A DNA stretch of 64,000 nucleotides from the human T2T-CHM13v2.0 reference genome, Homo sapiens. The position numbers and the translations under genes are program-made. The DNA is taken from assembly GCF_009914755.1 (NCBI RefSeq), contig NC_060935.1, one strand, 5' to 3'. Positions within the stretch are counted from its first letter, which is position 1. Each line of letters opens with the position of its first letter. Positions 1-19,306 of the stretch are shown piece after piece. The notes beneath the pieces are model-generated. The model ran no database searches. It was not told the DNA's origin and worked only from the letters and a program-made list of their open reading frames with translations.

Positions 1-1131
1 GAAGCTGCCACAAGCAACATCGGCCAATCCCAGAGAAAATAAACAAACATAACAACAACCAGTGCGGGTACTTAGGGCTTTGGCCACTGCTGTATGGGAG
101 GACCACCGGAGCAGCTGAGAATAGATTGTCACCGGCGGGTGGTGAAGCCAGTGCAGAGATGCGGACCTAGATTTACAAACACTTTTAGCTTTGTTCTGGA
201 TTCCAGCGCGCACAAACTGCCTCCTGTCTTGCCCCCAGCCCCTCCACCGACCATGGTTGTTGCCGCCTCTGAGCTATGAGTCTGGACTCAACGAATTATT
301 CTATTCTGGCTAGATTGAAAACGCCAGAGAAAAAACCATGGATGTGGCCTTTCAGAGGGAGACAGAAAAAAATCGGAGTATTTCCCCACATCCTCCTGTC
401 CCAAACAGACTTTGCTAGCCCTTGCTTTTTGTCAGACCAGAGAAATCAAAATACTTTAGCACCCGGCTCCAGCAATGCTGGCAGCTGGGGCAGAGGAGGG
501 TAGCCCAGACTAAGATTGTGAGTTAAATGTTAGATGTTGAGGATGCGGAGGGTTAAAGAGCTGCATCTCCCCCTACACCCCTTTTTTCTCACCCTTTCTG
601 TCTTATTCAGGCTAGCCCAAACCTTCATTCACTTCTATGCCCCCAGCGGTATCTGCAAATGCTCAGTGCCTGGAAAAAAGAGATCTGGCCTGGACAGAGT
701 GTTTTGAGTTTCTGTGCAGAAAAAGTTGTGTCCATGGGGTGGGATGGTCAAGGGTCTCCCTCTGAGTGGGCAGAGGCGGAGAATCAGGATTGAGAGATGG
801 ACCAAAGTGGCCAGGAAGATCACGAGCAGGGACACTGAGCACTGCCTACCAAGAGTATCGTCAAACCCTATACGCTGCCTCTTGACCAGGCACCTATCCT
901 CCGCTATGAAGAGTGCGGAGGAATCACGAATTATCCCCGTGGGTTGGCATGCCTCTAGGGAGCTCTGCATGGCCTCAGCAATATCCTCAGCCTTCCACTG
1001 TCACTTAGGGAAAGAGGCCACCAAGCCAGGCCGAGCCAGTCTGGCCTTTCCTTGACTCCATCACAGGCTTAGGGTCTGTGCTAGAAGCCCTGCTCTCTCA
1101 CTGCCCATACCTTGAGGTTCCTGTTACTTAC
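1..1131 (-). other. BSX: BSX intron 1 (partial)
   Basis: Follows the GTAAGT donor on the minus strand; no acceptor or homeobox exon inside the window. Confidence 0.9.
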
Positions 1132-1393
1132 CCGAGGTGGTGAGGAAATAAGGATGATGGTGGTCTCCCTTATGCAGAGGGTGATGGGCGTGAGGAGCCA
1201 AGAGGGTGGGTGTGGGCATGAGGGGGTAGCCATAGTCTAGCAGAGGCACCCGAGAGGCCAGAGAGCTGGCGAAATGGTCTGGGGCCACCTCTCTCAGCGG
1301 CTTGGGCTTGTGCAGCAGGATGTCCTCGATGAAGAAGGATGTGGGCCTCTGAGAAGACGCCGGGTGTAGAGGAGAGGTGAAGTTGAGATTCAT
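1132..1393 (-). CDS. BSX: BSX (brain-specific homeobox) coding exon 1: 87 codons + 1 nt; the homeodomain exons lie left of the window
   Basis: Translates to MNLNFTSPLHPASSQRPTSFFIEDILLHKPKPLREVAPDHFASSLASRVPLLDYGYPLMPTPTLLAPHAHHPLHKGDHHHPYFLTTSG, the BSX N-terminus. ATG at 1393 (AAGATGA context). Ends at the canonical donor TCGG|GTAAGT (GT at 1131-1130). Includes the eh1/Groucho-binding motif FFIEDIL (1316-1336). Confidence 0.97.
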
Positions 1394-1720
1394 CTTGAGC
1401 GGAGCACCTGCCACAGGACAAGGGCCGGGACGAAGTGGAGGACGCAGGCAGAGTCTCCAAGCCTGCTCGAAAGCCGGCAACCACCCTCCGAGGCTCGAAT
1501 CTCCGCTGCTCTCTCCCGGGCCTGGGCTACCCCGGGCGCTGGAGAGGCAAGAAGACAAGCTCCTGGGTAGGTTGGGTCTCTGTGTTGGAGAATTGGCAGC
1601 TTGGAGAGGGGGGCCGGGAGAGCCAATGACGAGGCTGCCAGAGGCAGAGGGGAGGGTGCGGGAGGCTCGGGGCGGGGCGGGGAGCTGTCCGCGGTGCTGA
1701 ACACCACCGGCCGAGCCTGG
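1394..1720 (-). promoter_or_regulatory. BSX: BSX 5'UTR and GC-rich proximal promoter (CCAAT 1623-1627, half-CRE TGACG 1627-1631, tandem GC boxes 1669-1682)
   Basis: CpG-rich sequence directly upstream of the ATG; motifs read directly from sequence. The exact TSS cannot be seen. Confidence 0.8.
1681..1701 (-). promoter_or_regulatory. RE1/NRSE element (REST/NRSF binding site)
   Basis: Minus strand reads TTCAGCACCGCGGACAGCTCC versus consensus TTCAGCACCACGGACAGCGCC (19/21, canonical spacing). Confidence 0.93.
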
Positions 1721-2994
1721 GAACAACAGAGCCCGCAGGGTTCTTGTTCCTACCAGGTTTCTCGACCTCAATTTCTGCCCCGTCACTGCAGGGGCTGCTT
1801 TGTTCCCAGTCGTTTTTAAAAGAAAGCCAAAAGGAAAAAGTCTCTGTTGTCCGGCAAACTCCTCTTTACAGAGGAGAAGGCACTAAAAGGGCCCCAAAGC
1901 AATAATGGATAAAGCACTTATTCAGGCATTTAGGCCTGGGTTTTAAGAGTTTCCATAATTTTGGTGGCAAAAAAAGAAGGGAGGAAGTGAGGAGAAAGGG
2001 CATCTGATACTTCAGATTGCTAGATTCTACTTAAGTTTATGGCTGAGGGAAGACTGGATTATTAAGGTAAAGAAAGAAAATGATGATGGTCATCACAACA
2101 GTCTTTACCTCAGTTATAGGCAGTGGGCAGGAGGAGGGTTATGTCTACATTAGTCAAGTTATTTGGTCTGTGTAAATATGTCCAGAGTCACCTCTTAGTG
2201 CCATCCTCCATGTCGCCTCAAATCTTTGCTTTCTCCTCATTTCACTCACGCGGCTTGCTATTTCTGCTGTTACTCTTTCAACCCTAGCCCCCCGAATTAA
2301 TTGTACTAGGTTTTTGTTTCCCACTCCTTTTCCCAGCCTGTTTCCTTTCATTTCCGTCCCTCCCAATCTTTTGTTTTTTTCTGTTTGTCTTTTTCTAATC
2401 TGTCACATTTATTTCCCTGGAGTCAATTTGCTAAAATTAGGGTGATCATCTACAACACAGCAGGGGTAATTTCAGCTCACATCTCTGAAAATTGCTCTAA
2501 TTATTGATGTTAAACTCAGGGAAATTAGAAGAAGCCACTTCTCTCCCATCTCCCCATTTTTAAGCTCTAATTTGTTGAAATCTAGTCGTCATCACAATTC
2601 CAATCACTACTGCTAATAGTAAAAGTGTTTTAATAGAGACTGAGTCCTCACAACCCATGCTATTAGATAATTAGAGGAGGTGTTAGAAAGCCAAGTGCTA
2701 ATCCTGGGGCGCATGGGTAGGATTTCCATCTGATCTAGCAGGTAGAACAAATTAATTACCAGAATCAATTAGGCCCCAAACTACAGTGCACCAGGAAGTG
2801 GGAGCATTCTATTCCATGAGGATGAACTGGTAAATGGTAAGTAGATGAAGAGCTTGAGAGGAAGGAGGAAGGGATGTGGGGGAGACTTTAAAATAAGATC
2901 TTGGCAAGTAGGCATCTAAATGAAATCAGAATGCTTTGATCTGAAGTCCAAAACGTGATTTTTAAAAAATTCTAATAGTAGTAAGAACTGAAGA

Positions 2995-3110
2995 GGCCCA
3001 GCGTGGTGGTTCGCGTCTGTAATCCTAGCACTTTGGGAGGCCGAGGCGGGAGGATTGCTTGAGCCCAGAAGTTCAAAACCACCCTGGGCAATATAGTGAG
3101 GCCCCATCTC
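2995..3110 (+). mobile_element. Alu left monomer (FLAM-like)
   Basis: GGCCCAGCGTGGTGG...TGTAATCCTAGCACTTTGGGAGGCCGAGG...CCCCATCTC, with no right arm. Confidence 0.85.
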
Positions 3111-3306
3111 AGAAAGAAAGAAAGAAAAAGAAAAAGAAAGAAAGAAAGGAGAAGGGAAGGGAAGAAGGAACGAAGGGAGAGAGAGAGGAAGGAAGGAAGG
3201 AAATAAAATATGTGTATAAAAGAAAAAGAAAGAAAGGAAAGAAAGAAAGAAAAGAAAAGAAAAGAAAAGAAAAGAAAAGAAAAGAAAAGAAAAGAAAAGA
3301 AAAGAA
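3111..3306 (+). repeat. Purine-rich compound microsatellite (GAAA/GGAA/AAAAG)n
   Basis: Almost pure A/G tract ending in about 12 perfect AAAAG units; derived from the Alu tail. Confidence 0.95.
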
Positions 3307-3799
3307 GACCTGAAAGCAGGTGGCCGTGGAGAGCAAGACAATAGACTTTCCAAAAGTCCTTTCCTAGCGCTAAGCCCTGGCCCATCGTCCTCAGTCACCA
3401 GACGGAGGAGACTGGTGAGGAGGGGCCAGGGGTGTCGGTCCACACTTCACAGACGTCCACGTACACCCCCGCTTCCATTGTGAGCTTACAGCATCAGCAG
3501 AGTAGAAATCAAGCCGTTCTGTCTCTCCACCCTATAGGCCGAGTGGCTATCGAGGGCTGGACGGGTGTACAACCAGAGTGTGGCCTGTGCCTGAGGGCGC
3601 CCTACACTCCAGCCTCACACAGAGCGCAGATTTGCACCCAGCCTTGGGGGCGGGATTTCGGCTTCATTCTGGGGAGGGGACCAACTTCTGTCGCAGAAGC
3701 AGAAGTGATTATTGAATGTCCCTTTGAGAGCAGGGGCAGTAAAAACATCTTCGAGTGACAGTTACCTTTGAGCCAAGGCACTGCAACCACCCCGTCAGA

Positions 3800-4760
3800 A
3801 CTTACACACCTCTCAGAGTGTTTGCGGGATCGGGAAGGGAGTGGGGGGCAATGTAGACCGCCTCCTCCGTCCTTATCTTTCCCTTGTTTCGTGAGCCCTG
3901 GACTCAGCGTCCTGCTTTCCCCCAAAGCTAAGGCAATCTCCCCAGGCCCTGCTCTCAGGCGGAGAAGCCAGGAGCGATGAGGGGCGGGGCGGCTCCCGGC
4001 GCCCTCTTTTCCAGCCCCGCTCCCGCGCTGCCGCCGGAGAGGGACTCGGGGCGCAGCCGCCCCGCCTCTGCCGGGGCCCCAGGAGGAATCTAAGAAAAGA
4101 GAGATGGAGGGAGGAAATGGCATCGCTTCAGGAAGGGGCAGGACCTCCAGGACCGAAGGCGTTTTCTTTCTCTTTCCTTTCAGCGACACTGGGAAACAAA
4201 GCTCCGCGGCTGAAAAGAACACCACGCGCGGCCAGGACCCGAGCAGGGCCCTGGGGCGCTAAGGGCGGGGAAAATAGGGCATCCGGAGTGCAGGAGATTC
4301 CTCAGGGCCGCCCCCTTCTCCGGGGGTGCCCTGAGGAACCGCGGCGGGGACTCGCCGCTGGCAGCCTGCGGGTCCTGGTGCCAGCGCGCATGGGCGGGCT
4401 GTGCGGACGTGGCTGGTCCTCCAAAGGTTTCAGATCCCGTCCGGGCCGCTCAGTCCCTTAAAGCTGTGTCCCAAAGCCTAGGGGAGACAGCGAGGCTGGG
4501 GACGCCGGGAAGTTTCTCTGAGGTGTGGGGCTCCTGAGCAGAAACGCGCGGGGGATTGCCAGGGCTGCAGAAACTTTGGCTCGAGGCGGTGGCTGGCCCG
4601 CCTTACTTCCGTGGTGGGGTTAGGGAGGCCCCTCTGAAATTCAATCTTGGTATTGAATCTGGTATCTTCCTGTGGCAGGCAACGCATACCAAAGGCGGCG
4701 GCATCACCTTCCTGCCTGCTCGAGCCCTAACCCCCACCCCACCCACCAGCCGCGGGCCCC
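3800..4760. promoter_or_regulatory. Upstream CpG island (~2.4-3.4 kb upstream of the BSX ATG)
   Basis: Very high GC content with abundant CpG/CGCG, GC boxes (GGGGCGGGGCGG near 3980) and no repeats. Confidence 0.8.
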
Positions 4761-4905
4761 AGGGCTGCCCAGGGAAGGAGTACATTTTTAGACATTTTTA
4801 GATAGCTTGCAAAGGTTGTCTGTGGCAGGGAACGGGGACAGGGAAACTATTTTCTCTTTAAAAGCAGAGATGTTACAACGCCGGGTTTATCTCTAAAGTC
4901 TACAC

Positions 4906-5232
4906 CAGTGCTTCCAGTAAAAATATAATGCAAGCCACACAGGTAATTTTAAATTTTCTATTAGTTACATTTTTAAAAAAGCAGAAAGTCACATTTAAAA
5001 AGTAGGAGAAAACAGGTGAAATATTAATGTATTTCACTGAACCCCAACATATCAAAAATATTATTTAACATGTAATCAATATAAATATTATTAATGAGAT
5101 TTTTGCATTCCTTTTTCATACTAAATCTTCTAAATCCAGTGTGTATCTTACACTTTCCACAAATCTCAGATTAGTCATATTTCAGGTGCTCAATAGCCAC
5201 ATAGGGCTAGTGGCTACTGTGTTGCACAGCAC
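4906..5232. mobile_element. hAT-Charlie DNA transposon fossil, MER33-like
   Basis: AATATAATGCAAGCCACA...TAATTTTAAATTTTCT start and GTGCTCAATAGCCACAT..GGCTAGTGGCTAC end, typical of MER33/MER3; the ~325 bp length fits MER33. Confidence 0.7.
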
Positions 5233-6849
5233 TTTTAGTCAATTGCCATAGTCCCTATTACCCTTTCAAATATCCATAGACACACACAGAAAATGGAAAT
5301 CAGTTGCAGAAAGCAGCCTAGCACATTCTCCAGACTTGTCCTTCATCCATTCATTACATTCAATTATTCTAAGTATTCATTGAGCACCTACTATATGCCA
5401 GGCTCCTTGCCACACACCTTCCCAAGTCTTAGGAGATTAAGTAAATGCACCTAAATCATACTTACTTTTGATTCTTACTTGACTAGAATCTGTCACCCAG
5501 GGCCAGCAGGCTGTCTCTCTGCAAAGCTGACACATAAAGCCCAGATCCTACACAGTGCCCAGAGTAAAGAAATAAAGATCAAATGAAGCCACCTCCCCAA
5601 AAGTACTCTGTTTGTGGTTTCAGCTGAAGAATTATTAAAGAAAGAAAAAAACATGCCTTTCAGAGAGCTAATAATTAAACAGTCCCTCTCCCTTTCATGT
5701 CAGCCTCAGCTAAAATGGTCATCTGAGCTGGGACTTAGTTTCCCGAAAAGATAACTCTATTGATGATCAAAGGAAGAGACTGGTTCCATTAGCCAAGTTG
5801 CCTATACCGTGGCCTTCAAAATAAAGGAAGAAATGTATTTTAGAAGTATCTGAGTAACACACTTTACTCATAACATTTTGTATTATATTGCTTGTTGTCT
5901 GTTGCAACTTACCTTCTATCTGAGTACTTTATTTTAAGCACTACCAAAGTGGATGACATGTCTACAAAAAGAAAGGGAGTTGCTGGCTGCTTCTGACAAA
6001 TGCGTCTTCAAAAATAATATGTTTGCAGTGGAAATTAGGGTGTGAACCCACATGAGAACAACATGCTTAAGGATGTGGTATTCAGATCACAGTGTTCCTA
6101 ATATAAGGAGGACTAAATCCATCCAATTTGCTCCTTCAGGTTGGTCAGTCTATAGGGTCAAAAACTCATTTCATTTCTCTCGAAGTTCTCTATTCTGCCT
6201 TTGATATCTCAATTCAAAGCATGTTTCATGAAGTGATAAAGAGAAAAGAAGACCTTTGAAGCATGAGAAAATGTATGCCACTTTTTTAATCCTCCAAAAG
6301 ATATATGGTGGAATAAGAATGCTCTTTCATCAGTCTTTTGTTAGTATCCCACCAGTTTCTCCACTGTAGCCCAAAAGAGTAGCCAAATATATTATTAGGG
6401 AAAAAAACCCAATAAGCTAATAAACATGCCTTTTGAATATTCTTTTCTTCCATTCTAAACCATTCAAATTCTATGATCAGATTTAAAATAAAGTTTGACA
6501 CAAAAAACTTCAGTTATACCAAATTAATATGCATACTTTTGAAAATAAAAGGACATGAGAGTTATTACCATTGTATGTTGGGAGTATCTGGTGTTAGAGA
6601 TTATAAGACCCTATCAAATTGTACATGTGGTATGGAGATGAGCCTGTAAACATTTCTCAAAAGGACTTTGTGTGTAGAGCTAAATATTAGGTATATGTTT
6701 GTTAAAGTGCTGTTTTGTTTGAAGATATTTTTCATGAAGCCAATTGATTTTTATCTTCTAACTCCCATTGATAATGCAATCAAGTTATGAACCAAAAAAT
6801 GGAAGGTACAAATGTTGTCACTCTAAAGGGATTTGTCTTACAATGATAA

Positions 6850-7750
6850 ATAATCTTAAAAGGAAACAAGGAAAAAATATTGAAAAAATACTTTTAAACA
6901 AATTAAAATAGGAAAGACCATTCTGTGTATAAAATGAAAGTTTAGAAGTCATAAGAGAAAACATAGATAAAATTAACCGTGTTAATTTTTTAAATTCTGT
7001 ATGGCAAAAATTATCTTAAGCAAAATAAATAAGAGAAACAACAAACCGGGAGAAAATATTTGCAGTTCATCACAAACACAGGGATAATTTGTTATATATG
7101 AAAAGTTTCTACAAATCAACAAGATAAAAAGTGAAGAGCATGATTTTAAAATGGGCAAAGGATAAAAAGAAATAGTTCACAAAAAAGAAACTATAAGGGA
7201 CTCTTAAAAATTTGAAAAGGAGCAAATATAAGTCTAACGCAAATTTAACTTCACTGAGACATCTTTCATTTACAGAATTAAAAGACTGAAAAGTCTAATT
7301 ACCCACTCTGTTGGTAAATCTGTGGGGGGAAGAATAACTCTCATCTATTGATGCAAAGAATGTAAATTTATACAGTCTCTATGGAGAACAATTTGATAAT
7401 GTCTATCAAAATTACAAATGTACATTGAAATTTATGCAACATATATACTCTGCACAACACAGCTCAATTATACACACTCAAAAAAGGAGCTTTAAGATGT
7501 ATTGTTAAGCAGAAAAAGCAAAGTACAGAAAGGTAATATGTCTGACGAGGGAGAAAATGATACACATTTGATTGTCTATGCATACCTCTGGAAAGATACA
7601 TAAGAAACTCACAACATTAGTTGCCTCTAGAGACTGAAGTGCTGGGCACTTGATGAGAAGGAGATTGTTTTTTTCCCTGTTTACCCTTTTGTACCTTTTG
7701 AGTACAAATCATGTAAATGTAATATTTATTTGTAAATAAATAATATTAAA
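6850..7750 (+). mobile_element. Old L1 (L1ME-like) 3' fragment
   Basis: A-rich L1 3' motifs (GGGAGAAAATATTTGCA, AAAATGGGCAAAGGA, CTCTGGAAAGATACATAAGAAACT). Confidence 0.6.
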
Positions 7751-7951
7751 TTTTCAAACATTGAAGCAGAAAGGGAAAAAGAATGATTTTGCTTCAACAC
7801 AAAAAATGTCTAAATCAAATTCACTAAATTTTAAAATTATAACTTTAGCTTTTCTCCATAAGTTACTGAGCCCAAATTGCACATAGTTCTGTTTGACATT
7901 TGCCTATAAGGAACATCAAACTTTTATTTCTCAGTACAGATTATGCAACTG

Positions 7952-8364
<413 letters not shown>

Positions 8365-8976
8365 TAATTACCTAAAGAAACGTCTTTAAAGAATGCTTTT
8401 CACTATTGTGATGAGGCTTTTTAAACGAGGTGGATTTCTTGCATTTATATTATATATCAAATATTTTGCTTTGCCTTTTTATTTGAGTATCATCATCACT
8501 TTTCTATTTTTACAGATAAAGGAAGCAGGGGAGTCACTTGGGTAGAGTCGTGAGCTTCAGATTACACAGTTTCTATGCCAGGATTTGAACTCAGGTTCAT
8601 CTGACCTCAGAGTTCATACTTTGTTCACTCCACCACATCATCTTTAAAAAATAAACAAATAAAGCAAGAATAGAGTTTGCTTATTTCTCATCTTGAATGC
8701 AACTTGAAACTATAGCCTTTGATTTAAGAGGCCAGTCTCTCCAATTCTTCTTCTCATTGGATGGTTTTATAAATTCATATCATGACTTGCACTAACTAGA
8801 ACCTAAATGCTAGAAAAGTTGTTTTGAGGTTTTCACTTTGGAATGTGTTGTGTGTGCACATATTTGGTATAGATATGTGTATGTGTATACGTGTGTGTGT
8901 GTGCGTGTGTACATAAATATACATTCCAAAGTCAAAACCTCAAAAAATCCTTTCTACTCACACGGATACACACACT

Positions 8977-8990
8977 TGTCTGTCTATCTA

Positions 8991-9028
<38 letters not shown>

Positions 9029-9060
9029 GATGTATCTGTCTGTCTGTCTATCTATCCATC
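8977..9060. repeat. (TCTG/TCTA)n compound tetranucleotide microsatellite
   Basis: Direct reading. Confidence 0.9.
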
Positions 9061-9104
9061 CTTACCATCTTTACATCAGCGCGATGAAGGCAGTATATAT
9101 TACC

Positions 9105-9345
9105 AGTGGTGATAGAACAAAGTCTGCAGTCAGACCTAAGTTAGAGATCTGGCTCCATCACCATTATATATTAGCTATATGACCTTGAAAATCTGAACCT
9201 TTCTAAGGCCTGCTGTCCTCATTTGTAAAATGAATATAATAACATTTCTTATCTCACAGGATAGTTTTGAGGAGTAATTAAGGTAAAGTATGTAAAGCAT
9301 TTTGCTCAGCACCTGGCACACAGCCAACGCTCAATAAGTAGCACC
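9105..9345 (+). mobile_element. MIR SINE
   Basis: MIR core TCCTCATTTGTAAAATG...CTCACAGGATAGTTTTGAGGA...GTAAAGCATTT...CACCTGGCACACAG...CTCAATAA. Confidence 0.75.
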
Positions 9346-10470
9346 ACTGCTGTTGTTGCTGCTGCTGCTGCTGGTGATGATAGTGGTGGTGATGATGGTA
9401 GTAGTGGTGGTAGTGGTGGTGGTGGTGATGATGGTGGTGATGATGGTGATGATGGTGATGGTGATGGTGGTGATTGTAGTGGTGGTGGTGGTGATTATGG
9501 TGATGGTGGTGGTGGCGGTGATGGTTGTGGTGATGGTGGTGGTGATGGTGGTGACGATGGTGGTGGTGATGGTGGTGGTGGTGGTGATGGTGGTGGTGGT
9601 GGTGGTAGTGGTGGTGGTGGTGATGGTGGTGGTGGTGGTGATGGTGATTATGGTGATGGTGGTGGTGGTGGTGATGGTGGTGGTGGTGGTGGTGATGGTG
9701 ATGGTGGTGATGGTGTTGGTGGTGGTGATTATGGTGATGATAGTGGTGGTGGTGATGGTGGTGGTGGTGGTGATTGTGGTGGTGGTGGTGATTATGGTGA
9801 TGGTGGTGGTGATGGTGGGAATGGTAGTGATGGTGATGGTGGTGATGATGGTGGTGGTGGTGATGGTGGTGATGGTGGTGGTGATGGTGGTAGTGATGGT
9901 GGTGGTGGTGATGGTGGTGGTGGTGATGGTGGTGGTGGTGATGATGATGGTGATGGTGGTGATGGTGGTGCTGGTGGTGGTTGTGGTGATGGTGGTGGTG
10001 CTGGTGGTGGTGATGGTGATGGTGGTGGTGGTAATGGTGGTGGTGGTGGTGATGGTGGTGGTGGTGGTGATGGTGGTGGTGGTGATGATGGTATTCGTGG
10101 TGGTGATGGTGATGGTGGTGATGGTGATGGTGGTGATGATGGTGTTGGTGGTGGTGGTGGTGATGGTGATGGTGGTGGTGGTGGTGATGATGGTGTTGGT
10201 GGTGGTGCTGGTGGTGGTGGTGGTGATGGTGGTGGTGGTGGTGATGGTGATGGTGGTGGTGATGATGGTGTTGGTGGTGGTGGTGGTGATGGTGATGGTG
10301 GTGGTGATGGTGGTGGTGGTGGTGATGGTGATGGTGGTGGTGGTGGTGATGGTGGTGGTGGTGATGGTGGTGTTGGTGGTGGTGATGGTGATGGTGGTTG
10401 TGGTGATGATAGTAGTGGTGATGGTTTTGGCCATGATGGTGTTTGTAGTGGTGATGGTGGTGACGGTGGC
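9346..10470. repeat. ~1.1-kb degenerate trinucleotide repeat (GGT/GAT)n, starting with short (CTG/TTG)n
   Basis: Continuous GGT/GAT triplets with triplet phase unbroken, giving the poly-V/M (9353-10474) and poly-T/I (9331-10434) ORFs. Confidence 0.97.
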
Positions 10471-10497
10471 CTAACTAGCCAATATAAAAAGAAACCC

Positions 10498-12123
<1,626 letters not shown>

Positions 12124-12939
12124 TCAGTAAAATAATTCATCACTAAAGTGATACAGACTCGGTTATCTTTGTAATTCAGATATGAAATAATAGTGGGAAA
12201 TGGTGAATCCAAGAGCTCTATGGTTTATGCACTCATATCTGAAAACATTTATTAAACATGTACCTTTTGTAAAAAAGTGAGTATGCATTTGGAAGTTTTT
12301 TCTCACAAGTGTGTGTATTTTACTTCCACATTTAGGCCAAGGGTCTAATTTTATCTACTGTTTTAATATTTTCCAGTACACAATATCGAACTCTCTCAAA
12401 ATTGACACACAAATACATCTATGATTGACTGCAGTAGTATTTGACAGTCCCAGGTAAAAGAATAATTTAGTGTGGGTTGCCAGATCTTTCTCTGTTGGCT
12501 GGAAAGTGAGCAGCTCCTTGGGATGGTGTGGCAATACCCTATGTTGCTATTGTTTTTTAATACCATGTGGTTTTATGGAGTAAAAAAGAAACAATGGGCT
12601 GGCAAGTTTGGGAAAAGCTCTTCAAAACTGAACTAAAATATGACCTCCATTTTGTATTCTGGAGTCTTAGCCTTTCAAAGCTCTATTTTTTACAGGTTGC
12701 TTTCATGTGTCTTCTTCCTAGAAATATCTTCCCTATCACCTCTCCTTCTACACAGATAACTTCCATTCAAATCTAGATCCACTATATTCCCTTCGTCCTT
12801 GGAAAACCACTCCTGGCCACAGTACTTAACCATCATCGTATTAGCAAATGTACAACTCACTGGGCTTTGGCATTGATAGGTTTTCTCTTTTTATAACCAT
12901 GTTCTGTTTTCCCAACTAGAGCATGCATTATTGCCTCTA

Positions 12940-13800
<861 letters not shown>

Positions 13801-14022
13801 GTATATTAGTGAGTCCCAGATAATTCTCATGCAGATGATCTAAGAACACTCTTGTTTTTCTAGGTTACTTAACGCTTGTGAGCCTTAGTTATTATCTGCA
13901 AAATGGGGATGTCATCTACCTCAGAGGCCTATTGTGGGGACTATTTTGTGATGAAAATATGCAAAACAGCTGTGAAAACTATCCAGCAAGATGAAAATGT
14001 TATTACTAAGAAAAATAGCTTC

Positions 14023-19306
<5,284 letters not shown>

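Noticed and set aside
94-1055. Short ORFs in BSX intron 1
   Set aside because: Overlapping on both strands with no homology I recognise; the homeobox exon is outside the window.
2916-3443. Phe/Ser/Leu-rich and Lys/Arg/Glu-rich ORFs
   Set aside because: Derived from the (AAAAG)n microsatellite and FLAM.
3602-4801. ORFs in the upstream CpG island
   Set aside because: Stop-poor GC-rich sequence; no recognisable domain.
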